From NCBI GenBank assembly GCA_905182635.1, contig CAJJCM010000026.1, positions 3,568 to 67,567 of the forward strand: DNA of 64,000 bases, read 5' to 3'. The stretch comes from an uncultured Candidatus Poseidoniales archaeon. Lineage in GTDB: Archaea; Thermoplasmatota; Poseidoniia; Poseidoniales; Poseidoniaceae. This document shows, one piece after another, positions 41,901 to 49,082 of this stretch. The position numbers and the translations under genes are program-made. Positions within the stretch are counted from its first letter, which is position 1; each line of letters opens with the position of its first letter. Below the pieces are notes generated by a model. That model saw nothing but the letters and a program-made list of their open reading frames with translations, was not told the DNA's origin and ran no database searches.

Positions 41901-42593
41901 CTTGTTGATGATTGAAGAACTCTCATTGTTCATGAAACTAAACCAACCGGTTTCGCTTACGGGTGTCAAAACTCCTCGTGCCATTGTAGCGACAAGAACA
42001 CCAAGAAGTGTGAAGAGTGTCACATAGGAAAAGAATTGGTATCCAACAGCCTGATATTTCAAATTCAATGTCCTGACCTCTTCAATCAACGGCAATCCAG
42101 TATTCGGATTTATCTCATCCGGACCTGCCATGTTGTAATACTCTGGGAGAAGCGCAAGAGCGTCTCCAGCAGCAACGATTCCAACGTTGATTCCAACCGC
42201 CATGAAGATGATGATGGTTGCAAGTTCGTGTCGCCCACGGCTGGTCATGAAATGAACGCCGAAGGTGACCAATGCGAACAGGAGGCCGGATAATGCTCCA
42301 TAACCCTGCATGTAGATGATTTCCGCACCAATAAGAGCAGAGGCCAGCATTAAGAGGGAAAGAGTGGCCTTTGAAAGTGAAACGGATTCAGATTGTTTGA
42401 GCATCGATGGGAGAAGTCCCAAGATACTTGCGACGACGATAAAAATCATCGGCGTCATGTTGTCTACATCGAGCTCGAAGGTGACTCCAGCGAGCTTGAT
42501 GGCTGCGATAGCGAGCAGGACTGCAAGGGGGGCAATAAGCCATCCAAGCGGTGCTGCTGGCGCAGTGCGGTTTGTGCCAGTTTTTTGTTCCAT
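32979..42593 (-). CDS. aglB: Giant oligosaccharyltransferase AglB/STT3 with extra N-terminal membrane domain and long C-terminal beta-sandwich array
   Basis: STT3 motifs DPWY, ADHD, TVAE and WWDYG; then many CnaB/carboxypeptidase-regulatory-like repeats (TDENG, SDENG, TDEFG) and a C-terminal TM; 3204 aa. Confidence 0.9.
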   Translation of the reverse strand: MEQKTGTNRTAPAAPLGWLIAPLAVLLAIAAIKLAGVTFELDVDNMTPMIFIVVASILGLLPSMLKQSESVSLSKATLSLLMLASALIGAEIIYMQGYGALSGLLFALVTFGVHFMTSRGRHELATIIIFMAVGINVGIVAAGDALALLPEYYNMAGPDEINPNTGLPLIEEVRTLNLKYQAVGYQFFSYVTLFTLLGVLVATMARGVLTPVSETGWFSFMNNESSSIINKKNLPLQIALAVWSFAHIASLWHFDSVSVADQLGINTVEGYHGYFGYWPAFFTGMVALIVAGMFSERWHTRAMTLGSMWTLYLVSSWYDSGMFSVDMLNGNWGSLIWLGITFFIGVAIYSISTHDSWGGWVNREEHEYSGARLFWNQHWAGVMIGLAFFFGLVIRTQWYVVPSMNAYGTGNWDMTGGSDPWYMKRVVDYILANNAHMIVDADRFYPVGGINPRPPIFTWSIAVVAMLLEPFFANGDAVWWAILSLPAIYGALTILPVAIIAREHVGVKAAVIAAWLLAFMPAHVSHTTWALADHDAFIMLFITLGFMFWLRAVKYAGTERLIRTSSATPMAFVASISAVINQRKAAFAAAVLAGVSFGIVSLGWKGFVVGPSILFLAYAGQVALNMFRRRDSTTLNVLFMTMLSVNFLMAIPFYGHPQINLILNGTGLQPFLFIFAFTLAISFVTTGFRDKPWLLILGVLASAGAVFFLALWLLKQANISNAWDVLFTGSGYFTKTKIFGTVAEANAPDRGQLFAQFGPITFVLSLIMGVLCLWSAVRERKQTKLVFGVWILAASFMAWTAARFMFNATPAIAVLGAWGIVSLWKWANWDGLVKTWKKLGIRSPEDRIRGARIAVWRTPSFSAIMLVMVMLMGQQFTYGLDAAIPGSNNAEDDLDEVIYNIIPDAFRWEVGGFSLLDDSGYDGNWYLGSFGSGFNDQGWNKAYQWLAAQDADETYSQRPAFVSWWDYGFQALDTGEHPSVSDNFQSGIPATGNMLLARSQEDLVSMFIWQLGQGDIGYNQARTDNTAFTSGYSNIVDSYLTDDQMDLFSTISTNYNHDEMITLAKLNSFEAFQTNDDVVLAVGHHQTDGVFDASTQYWRIYEGGERMLCTEAQSATCVDGDWSEQSEANRTFTNNIRTGADNVYETTHYIVGEYWYTADLIVEYDSVATNIHRANTRLSLTVQLLTLSLDDGQIIDMYDDLINLEGYYSVQDYNGAPGDLIERDHEIRYLAIDNRLYPRAGRYTQDMNYNQGQPMGIFGAPTILSGQDISTYMNEVYETMRGDFPDEMTRAEVDQAITEDFLNQQSGADIDPLQVEDVRVDHNSAFFDTMLARTYIGYGASTLGLDSGSSNPQPAQHFGQSGSPGSILTQAPPLPGAMQNHFVISNWYSPEANSSVTIGQQSTGMATVNTLVKILKYYSGAEISGQVTMSDNGQGLPGVRLLIERDAFSGEGVEDLDPDTYWVPIGFTDADENGDWSFEAPAGRIRVSAYAGDYNPITAQDNIRSSGFSQLGFTDILTETNDDRQTNDITAILGEVANMSWLGESQLNVTADQADRKDDASAVTPFDIAVESSGVSGQVTWTGHDSFDGDALVSTDFILRNIWSMTDNYTLTTTNGSFSSVDSRILQGTGEVTFTENGTFESEGVAFADDFTGTFTRLISDNRVYTSNGTWSGKGTLVASWVSNQSVDSCLDNETAPMPENETLCIQDSSASPMVYLLDGEVEANARLTSDGVSTLVTEHVGDSFEATGSFEGTGTLNGTGLFVGPGDFSGPMVQAGSFYITGLIPGVYNMIAQLDNGKEVLLPDPVNVEISPSYNLAMTMPGSIFEDTLDDFFNQPFPNETIELVDVDLGLDKVMEILTDENGNFSYGPLAAGEYYYRVDVDSDGWYELNETILVRDASENFSLLMSVPEMHDISLQLTSPVDPLTQEAYTDIAGRVVIFTNSDPLFGPLNSTSDENGLVYIELPMGSYTISDETGDDYILFDHIELETEDISTTSAYAIGTWVNGSIRVVDGGLLNSDFTYSLWNAQDADLKFDQSQPAAGLEIDFVANDLSFATTVATDGNYSIRLPSGNDFHMTLFSIASQMSGGQLVELSGDTELDLGLMYLEPTVNANGFVFLYDNSSLWDGLVPGYNVQTVVATNADGLEWRTTISDAGEFSFNLQAGEWDFAVDDDALNSTNITNYNIIDEEDAQPNPLELFVHPDYLTIELNLFMDAGDDGVFANGTAMSPSFTLMPLNDHGLQHNYTAADYSSAGNITVVLEPGLYSLLFNVTEAADENASDYMLAGVSTFDPIMVGLDVYEEALAFPLRNDYLVTGEFTNLSGGAVEKQFLLRNEAEDLWFNMASDVNGSFASYVPAGDWVAIFAPFLADNESTETLRYPFTVGNNSSVRTGLNLTSFDVIELKFQLQEFNTDSNMSGIRVTLVSHDGFGNITLSKSDGNGNISEQLMPGNWSLFLNETSPQHHWSLDTSSSPFSTASAVDGIIVLENITAVLEVEIGGKVFWDLDDDNIPDGTEGVANTTVSIIGMNNTEIDTNVTTDEFGVWTLFVPIQDEYQVSVSKEGFSTEVYNVSNLSAYPVYSQPESYDIEMTAGNVSVSGNVTDIIDASRLNGSSVVLYPSTGMAGESQTITPEFANDQLTWSAVIAPGKWIVVVTEANAGTNGGGVAVGLLDASISDGATLDLEMSLGGWIDLTTTWTDIGLDEHHAGSSGNGSAMLNETALVTFAIGSDIEWDMAVGTDGSISILMPAEEIEMDSSFTTLQHDLNLEMKYIAGAVTQVAEGRSPVVLSYTRTINSDTTITMVEDSMVNATTVEGSELAFLAIEENEGYKVIVFDLNITYNGTETVQVFDVLGQVGISPDEADWGIEFWNGTAFVDSHEISLGIGNNSNDTTVESSTMLRVRILTANQSEAWHLQDPHTLKVRLITDSTPSSEIALTVQVPQIYDFEANDKPTEIGIGAGGSSTFGFMLENTGNGDDSFTIELLDNIPDGWEVTPMNSVINITKDDSRSQLFTAYAPDDFVSGSKTVTVKVTSENGIKTESFDVIISKASIVLFIDQGDIVTLSDNDADTAGKLRIPVTNLGFLGSSDVIVSANIVDGKSLGQQTITLNPNGTTIAEFDLLADDAKGTVRFEIRVEVVGEDSSQVTQQIGIEDGEQTIDFSIDYYISGDSEDSIWLTVAIFILGVLVIFGGVRAARAKSSPSRF

Positions 42594-42770
42594 ATTTTAT
42601 CCCTCAAAGGTGTTTGTGCGACTGCAACAAGGCAGAAGCGACTTCGCCACTTGAAAGCCTCTTTTAATGATGACTATGCGAGAGCAACAGATTAAAGCCA
42701 CGCTGCGCCTCATTTCACCGGTGTAATCCGACCCGTGATTTTAGCCAGATTTGGACGGCTGAGTGCAGCG

Positions 42771-44045
42771 TTAAAGTGCTCTCGATGCAATATCTGTTCT
42801 GTAGTGAGAGCCTTCTAATTCGATGGTACGAATGAGCTCATATGCTAACTTCACAGACGCCTCAAGAGTAGGTCCAGAAGCACTGCAAGAGAGAACACGC
42901 CCCCCAGTCGAAACGAGATGGCCTTGCGCGTCGAAACTGGTGCCTGCATGATTTACCCAAGCCTTTGCCCCAGCTGATTGGATGGTGTTCTTGGAGAGGC
43001 CATGAATCAAACGACCTTTGACTGGAGTGTTTGGGTATCCCTCTGCGGCAAGGACAACGGTCGCAGCAAAGAGGTCATGGAACTCGATGTTGAGTTCTGC
43101 TAATCGGTCGGTCGAAGCGGCTTCAAGAACTTCGTAGACATCAGTTTTCAGCAGAGGGAGTGTGATTTGACATTCAGGGTCGCCGAATCGGACATTAAAT
43201 TCAACCACATTTGGTTCTCCCGATTCAGGAATCATCAACCCGACATAGAGGACGCCACGGTATGGAGTTCCAGATGAAGTGAGATACTTGTGCATCGGTT
43301 CAATGATCGATTCAATCGTTTTTTGACATACTGCATCTGTAACCAACGGTGCAGGGCAATAGGCGCCCATCCCACCAGTATTTGGCCCTTCATCGCCATC
43401 AAAAGCACGCTTGTGGTCTTGACTTGCAGGCAAGCAAACATAGCCGGAACCATCCATAATCACCAACATACTTGCTTCTTCGCCGGGTAAAAATTCTTCG
43501 AGCAGAACTTGCTCATCACTTTGAATTGAAGTGTTGATGAATGTTCGTGCTTCATTACGGTCTTCTGTTACAACGACGCCTTTGCCACCTGCTAAAACAT
43601 CACGTTTTACAACCCACGGATTTCCGGCGAAATCATCCAACGCCGCCTCGATATCACTTGTGTCTGAGAGAACATGAAAGGCCGCAGTAGGAACATTCGC
43701 TTTTTGCATAACTTGCTTTGCATGCAACTTTGAACCCTCGAGTTGAGCGAGGTGTGCTACAGGTCCAAAACATGGAATCCCAATGTCTTCTAAGCGGTCT
43801 GCGAGTGCTGCACACAAAGGTGCCTCCGGACCTACCACGACCAAATCAGCACCAAGTATTTCCGCTAAATTCAACAATCCCTCAACATCCGTTGCTGAAA
43901 TTGCATGATTCTTTGCCAAAAAAGAAGTTCCTGCATTCCCCGGGGCACAATGGAGTTCACCAACATGCTTGGATTGCTTCAATTCCATGCAAAGCGCATG
44001 TTCACGTCCACCTCCACCGACAACGAGGACCACCTTGTCTGCCAT
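42771..44045 (-). CDS. purD: Phosphoribosylamine--glycine ligase
   Basis: VLVVGGGGREHAL, PGNAG, LEGSK, QDHKR, GPNTGGMGAY, EFNVRFGDPE. ATG 44045. Confidence 0.97.
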   Translation of the reverse strand: MADKVVLVVGGGGREHALCMELKQSKHVGELHCAPGNAGTSFLAKNHAISATDVEGLLNLAEILGADLVVVGPEAPLCAALADRLEDIGIPCFGPVAHLAQLEGSKLHAKQVMQKANVPTAAFHVLSDTSDIEAALDDFAGNPWVVKRDVLAGGKGVVVTEDRNEARTFINTSIQSDEQVLLEEFLPGEEASMLVIMDGSGYVCLPASQDHKRAFDGDEGPNTGGMGAYCPAPLVTDAVCQKTIESIIEPMHKYLTSSGTPYRGVLYVGLMIPESGEPNVVEFNVRFGDPECQITLPLLKTDVYEVLEAASTDRLAELNIEFHDLFAATVVLAAEGYPNTPVKGRLIHGLSKNTIQSAGAKAWVNHAGTSFDAQGHLVSTGGRVLSCSASGPTLEASVKLAYELIRTIELEGSHYRTDIASRAL

Positions 44046-44186
44046 GGTCTGCCTCGGTCGCCGCCATCCCATAATCCCATCGCGTCTACATGCAGACTGT
44101 TCGCTCTCTAAAGCCGTTTCAAAGGGGATGCTTCAAAGACCGTCCCTCAAGCCACCAAATAAGGGTGTGAACCTTTGGTGATTGAA

Positions 44187-44840
44187 ATGAATTTTCTTGG
44201 ACTCTGTGCGTTGACGCTTTGGCTTTACTTACCTGGATTTTTGGCGAATACCTTCGCCATGATGTGGGGCAAATGGCTACCGAAAACAGGATATGGCCCT
44301 TGGCCAATTGATGGCGGCAGGACACTCAGCGATGGAAATCGAATTCTTGGCGACGGTAAAACTTGGAACGGACTCATTGGTGGTTCGTTGACATCTGGAC
44401 TCTTGTGCATGCTCATTGTAGCCTCATTCGGCGAAGTCCCTGCAACGGGTGCAGTCATCGGAGAAAATGGTGTTTTTGCCCATCCATTACAAGGGGCTGA
44501 GGATGCGTGGTTTTCAATTGGAGGAAACATGCTCACCGCATTCATATTAGGTTCATTCCTCGGCTTCTTTTGTCTCGTCGGTGACAGTACGGGGTCTTTC
44601 CTGAAACGTCGACGGGGCCTCAAGCGTGAAGGTGATATCTCTTCGAAAGCGCCTCTTCTCGACACTCTACCTTTTGCCATCATGGTCTTCTTAGCAGGGC
44701 AACTTATGCTTGGAACTTCAGTCCTAGCCGACTCGGAATTAAGACTCCCAATGTTGGCATTGATTGTATTCACACCTGTTTTACATCGGTCATTCAATCT
44801 CATTGGCTACAAGATTGGCTGGAAAGATGTACCCTATTGA
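44187..44840 (+). CDS. carS: CDP-archaeol synthase
   Basis: PGFLAN...PIDGG...DGNRILGDGKTWNG...GDSTGSFLKRR...PLLD...IGWKDVPY, the DUF46 signature. Alternative start 44175. Confidence 0.92.
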   Translation: MNFLGLCALTLWLYLPGFLANTFAMMWGKWLPKTGYGPWPIDGGRTLSDGNRILGDGKTWNGLIGGSLTSGLLCMLIVASFGEVPATGAVIGENGVFAHPLQGAEDAWFSIGGNMLTAFILGSFLGFFCLVGDSTGSFLKRRRGLKREGDISSKAPLLDTLPFAIMVFLAGQLMLGTSVLADSELRLPMLALIVFTPVLHRSFNLIGYKIGWKDVPY

Positions 44841-44884
44841 TTCCGGAGAGAAGCCTATAATGTGGCTTTGTTCTACCTCGGTAT

Positions 44885-46588
44885 ATGCGAACCGCCCTAT
44901 CCTTGACATTTCTCTTGATTGTCACCACATTAAGTACACTTGCTGGAGTTCATGCTGAAGTTCCAAGCGACGGTACAACTGTCATCATCAGTGCGGATGA
45001 AACATGGAATGGAACGAATACCATGAATGGAAACCTCATTGTGGAAAGCGGTGCAACATTGACGATTGAAGGTGATGTCACACTTGCAACGGGCAATTCA
45101 ATCACCGTCGAAGAAGGTGGAGCACTCATGCTGACCGGTGCGCTGCTTGGAGACCAATTGGATTCAGGACTTGCAATAATGAACGACACCCAATTACACA
45201 TGAATTTTGGAGATTTAGCAGAGTCAGGACAATTGAGAATCGATTTCAACCAAGTGATTCCTGAATCGGCCATGTTCAACGTGACCATTGGTGAACAAAC
45301 AAGTGATGCTGCAGGTTCAGACCACATTTTCATTGATGTATCACTTAATGGTAGTGATTTGCTCGCTGACTTTTACACATACTATGCATTTGAGATACAG
45401 GTCGTTTCTGTCCAAGCCCTACATTCGGGTAGCGGTGAAGCGGCAATCCTCTTGGCGAGTGAACTCAATCAGACCGGTGGAAGTTTAATTTGGAACAGTG
45501 CTTCATTTGCGCTCGACGTTCAAGGAACGTTGCACTTAGATGGAGCTACTTTGTATGGGGCTGAACTCACCTGTTCCGGCGTATGCGAGATGCATTCGAG
45601 CACCTTGATTGGTAGCGCCCCCATCAATGTCGATGACGGCACAAGTATCGTTGTCAACTCCAGTTCTATTCTCGGCAGTCGTACCGATGAAGACATTATT
45701 GTCCATGACCTTGCTGAGATCACCTACACCGATAATCAAGGAACCGGTGGCGTAACAGATGGATGGATTCGACTGTTGTCTCAACGACAAATTCAAACCA
45801 ATGCAGGAAACATAACGGTTCACCAAACTGGAATTGGGTATGGGGGTTCCACTCGTGACGATTTTACAAACTCAAATGGATTGATTGACATTGGAGGAAG
45901 TGAATGGCAACGAATCGTGGAATGGGTTGACCAGAACGGCGTCTATCATTCAGAAGACGCTGAACTTGTATTCACACTCAGCACTGGATGGGGTGACTTT
46001 TCTACGACTGTCGCTGCACCTCAAACACCAACTGCGATTATTGACGTACCCTTACCTTACATCGAAATCGTTTCAATCGATGCTGAAGACACAACCGCTG
46101 AAGTGGATAAGAAAATAGGTGCTATGATAACGGTCCGAAATACTGGCAATGCAACTGCTACTGTCAACATCTGGTGCTATGTTGATGAGAACCTTACTGA
46201 AACGACTGCCCTCACAACGACACTTACCCCTGGTGAAGAAAAGAAACTCCCTGTCTCTTGGTGGGCCAATACTGACGGGCCTCAAATTCTCAACTGCCGT
46301 ACGCTTATCCCTAATATTTTGAAAGCGATTGCAGAGGATGTCACCAACGTCGAGGGTGGAAACTCCCAAGAAGTCGGTTGGTATATTGGCGAAGAGACTG
46401 AAGACCAACCATTCATTGTCTATGGTATTCTCGTCGTCCTCATCGTCATTGGAAGTGCTTTGTTTGCACGAAAAGCAGGTGAGAAGATCTCAACGATAGA
46501 GTTCAATGAACCCTTGGAAGAGGAAGAACAAGAAGTGACTGAAGATAGAAAAGAAGTCGAAGAAACGAACGAAGATGACGAAGTTTGA
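44885..46588 (+). CDS. Membrane-anchored surface protein with CARDB-like domain
   Basis: Signal peptide, ETWNG...VESGATLTI N-terminal module, VRNTGNA Ig-like domain, C-terminal TM and acidic tail. Confidence 0.75.
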   Translation: MRTALSLTFLLIVTTLSTLAGVHAEVPSDGTTVIISADETWNGTNTMNGNLIVESGATLTIEGDVTLATGNSITVEEGGALMLTGALLGDQLDSGLAIMNDTQLHMNFGDLAESGQLRIDFNQVIPESAMFNVTIGEQTSDAAGSDHIFIDVSLNGSDLLADFYTYYAFEIQVVSVQALHSGSGEAAILLASELNQTGGSLIWNSASFALDVQGTLHLDGATLYGAELTCSGVCEMHSSTLIGSAPINVDDGTSIVVNSSSILGSRTDEDIIVHDLAEITYTDNQGTGGVTDGWIRLLSQRQIQTNAGNITVHQTGIGYGGSTRDDFTNSNGLIDIGGSEWQRIVEWVDQNGVYHSEDAELVFTLSTGWGDFSTTVAAPQTPTAIIDVPLPYIEIVSIDAEDTTAEVDKKIGAMITVRNTGNATATVNIWCYVDENLTETTALTTTLTPGEEKKLPVSWWANTDGPQILNCRTLIPNILKAIAEDVTNVEGGNSQEVGWYIGEETEDQPFIVYGILVVLIVIGSALFARKAGEKISTIEFNEPLEEEEQEVTEDRKEVEETNEDDEV

Positions 46589-46600
46589 ATTCGTCTAAAC

Positions 46601-47836
46601 TTAAGGCGTGCAGGGTTTCATTTCGGAGTTCGACTCCCGGCTGTCAAAGTCGAGTTGCCAAGCATTTTCACTGATGAACACACCATTTCCCGGTGAGGCA
46701 TCATTCATTGTAGAGTGGAAGTCATTGGTGACGATGATTTGGAAATTATAACATCCATCATCTTCGAAAAATTCATCTCTCTCAATGAATTCATACAGTT
46801 TGTTTTCGTCCATAGCGTTTCCAGGCATCGAGAACCAACCGTTTGTACTACCAAAGTTAGCTAAATCCTCATCTGCCGATGCTGGTTCCCATGTAGCAGC
46901 AAGACCATCCACCTTTATTTCTGCTGATTCATACGTTTGTGTGCTACCTTGGAGAATCTTCAGTTGGATTGTATAGTCCGACGGAACCGGTAAACGCTTT
47001 TGAGAAGTGCTGGACATGTCATGTTCCCCACCAACACTTGCAGCAGCGGAACTGGAAAACATTCCAACCAATGCCAAAACGGTGACACCGGTAACGAGTT
47101 GATCCCCCTCCTCTGTGGTTTCAGTCCGAGTGATCAGTTTAGCTGCAGAGTTTTCCACTTCACGATTGAGAAGCGAAGGTGAAATTTCCACTGTTGATGT
47201 ATCCCCGGTATTGGCGACCACACGTATTGAATAGGTGTTTACCGTACTCAAGAGATGGTCTTGTGAATTACCCATGAAAATCGTTTCGAGAAGAACTGTG
47301 AATTTGCTTCGGTCGTTACTCATATCCTTTGATTCGGACCAAAGGGACTCATCGCCAAGGAGAATTTCAGAGGTTGCTGAAGAAAAGGAACCTCGGACAA
47401 CAAAAGAAAATTCATTCGTATCTTCATTTACACTTATCTCTGAAACACCAGGGCTGCTTCCGAGTTCGAGACCTGCAAGATACGGTAGACCTGTTAACAA
47501 TAAATAGCCAACAGCCAGAGTCAATGTTTTTTGTCGGTCAATTGAGTCCCAAACAAGATAAAAAGAACCTGCCATAATCAATACAACAACAAGACCAAAG
47601 GGAATTGGTCCAGTGATGTCTTCGAGGAAATAATTATTCAAAAACCACATTAGGACGAATCCAAGTGCACCTAATCCCAAGCCAATTGGATTTGCTGTTT
47701 GGAGAAAGGTTTCACCTTTTGGGGTTGAAGGTGCATCAACCACCTTAGCAACATTTACTGTCACTTTTTTAGTGACAACTTCAGCATCGACTGTCTCAGT
47801 TTTTGTAGCGTTGGCTTTGTCTAGTAATCCACCCAT
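46601..47836 (-). CDS. Hypothetical membrane protein
   Basis: Three N-terminal TM helices followed by an acidic beta-rich domain. Confidence 0.7.
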   Translation of the reverse strand: MGGLLDKANATKTETVDAEVVTKKVTVNVAKVVDAPSTPKGETFLQTANPIGLGLGALGFVLMWFLNNYFLEDITGPIPFGLVVVLIMAGSFYLVWDSIDRQKTLTLAVGYLLLTGLPYLAGLELGSSPGVSEISVNEDTNEFSFVVRGSFSSATSEILLGDESLWSESKDMSNDRSKFTVLLETIFMGNSQDHLLSTVNTYSIRVVANTGDTSTVEISPSLLNREVENSAAKLITRTETTEEGDQLVTGVTVLALVGMFSSSAAASVGGEHDMSSTSQKRLPVPSDYTIQLKILQGSTQTYESAEIKVDGLAATWEPASADEDLANFGSTNGWFSMPGNAMDENKLYEFIERDEFFEDDGCYNFQIIVTNDFHSTMNDASPGNGVFISENAWQLDFDSRESNSEMKPCTP

Positions 47837-47936
47837 AGTAATCCCTGTTAAATGAGCGTTTAACGGAGGGGATTATCAAAGCAACCCCTGTGAGAGTCGA
47901 TTTCGACCCCTTTGTTGTAGGTTCGAGTAAAAGCCG

Positions 47937-48866
47937 TCACAGCCCGGGAGCCGAGTCATGCCAGACAAAGTCTTCTTCTTCGTCTCGGTTTTCTGTTAGT
48001 CGACGACCGGCTACTGCTGCAGCAAGGACGACCATTGAAAGAGCGGGAACGACTTCGAAGCCTGGCAGGTAAACACCACGGACATAGACTGTGATCATTT
48101 GTGATTCACGGATACATCCACCGTTATTACACTGGAATTCGGATTCTGCAAAGAAGTCAAGGACGTGGTAAGCATCGCTCCATCCCTGAGTTTTCGGTGT
48201 TCGTACCATGATTCGAACTTTCGTTGCGGTTGGTATTGCATCGATTTGAACCTTGACTGCTGGCAAGTTAATGGTGAAACCAGCTTCTTCAAGATTATCA
48301 CGACTGGTTTCAGTAATTCCGACCTTCATGAAGTCAATTTGGTTACCGAGGTTGTAAACTTTGAATTCGAAGTTCTTGTCTTTCTTTGGCATCAATTGAA
48401 CAAAAGGCTCGACTGCTTCAACTTGGACCAAAGAATATTGCATGATGTTGACAATCATGTTGTTCTGAGATGAAGCAGAGTTGACTGGAGGCAATGAGTT
48501 GATCTCTTGAACTGTAGCAGAGACCGAGAGTGTTCGACTTTGCATCACCATGTAAGGAGTCGCTCGAACCGAAATTTGGAAGTCGACTTCCGAGTTACCA
48601 CCAATATACATGTCACCAGGGGCTGCGGTTGCAAGACCATCACTGGTTACGAGAATACTAATTTTTTCTTGATAAGTGGTTGGGTTGTTTGCCGTGCAGG
48701 TTGTGAAACCGTTGTAGGTTGAACCAGGTTTGACTTCAATATTAATTGAAATCGGTGCACATGAAAGTGAGACCGCCGCAGTCGGGGCTTGTGCCGCAGC
48801 AGGAACGGCGACAATCATGACTGAGCAAAGGTAGAGGGCAAGCAAGAACATAGCACGCTTCATCAT
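47937..48866 (-). CDS. Secreted protein with PGF-CTERM-like sorting signal
   Basis: Signal peptide; C-terminal LPGF + hydrophobic helix + RR. Confidence 0.7.
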   Translation of the reverse strand: MMKRAMFLLALYLCSVMIVAVPAAAQAPTAAVSLSCAPISINIEVKPGSTYNGFTTCTANNPTTYQEKISILVTSDGLATAAPGDMYIGGNSEVDFQISVRATPYMVMQSRTLSVSATVQEINSLPPVNSASSQNNMIVNIMQYSLVQVEAVEPFVQLMPKKDKNFEFKVYNLGNQIDFMKVGITETSRDNLEEAGFTINLPAVKVQIDAIPTATKVRIMVRTPKTQGWSDAYHVLDFFAESEFQCNNGGCIRESQMITVYVRGVYLPGFEVVPALSMVVLAAAVAGRRLTENRDEEEDFVWHDSAPGL

Positions 48867-48965
48867 AGAGGTTTCACCTATTAGTCAACCCCAGCAATGA
48901 GACCCTCATAACCGTTACGCCAAGATGGTTCCAAAAATAGCCTACGCTGACCTCAAATGATTAAG

Positions 48966-49039
48966 TGGGCCCGAAGGGACTTGAACCCTTGACCCCCCGG
49001 TTATGAGCCGGGTGCTCCAACCAACTAAGCTACGGGCCC
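48966..49039 (-). tRNA. tRNA-Ile2 (CAU anticodon)
   Basis: GGGCCCGTAGCTTAG...CCCGG-CTCATAA-CCGGG...GGTTCAAGTCC...CGGGCCCA cloverleaf. The GGGCCCG acceptor stem matches archaeal Ile2 rather than Met. No intron; CCA not encoded. Confidence 0.9.
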
Positions 49040-49082
49040 CTATGCCGAGGGAATAGGCGCAAGACAAGAACTTACCTCTACG

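Noticed and set aside
42700-42771. Possible SRP RNA Alu domain (UGUAA motif) or purine riboswitch
   Set aside because: No room or S-domain motif for a ~300-nt SRP RNA, and riboswitch core nucleotides do not match. Kept only as a generic structured-RNA candidate.
44225-44803. 192-aa ORF antisense to carS
   Set aside because: Mirror frame of a confidently identified gene.
48966-49039. tRNA-Met call from the CAU anticodon
   Set aside because: The acceptor stem GGGCCCG matches archaeal Ile2, and the initiator A1-U72 pair and GGG/CCC anticodon-stem signature are absent.
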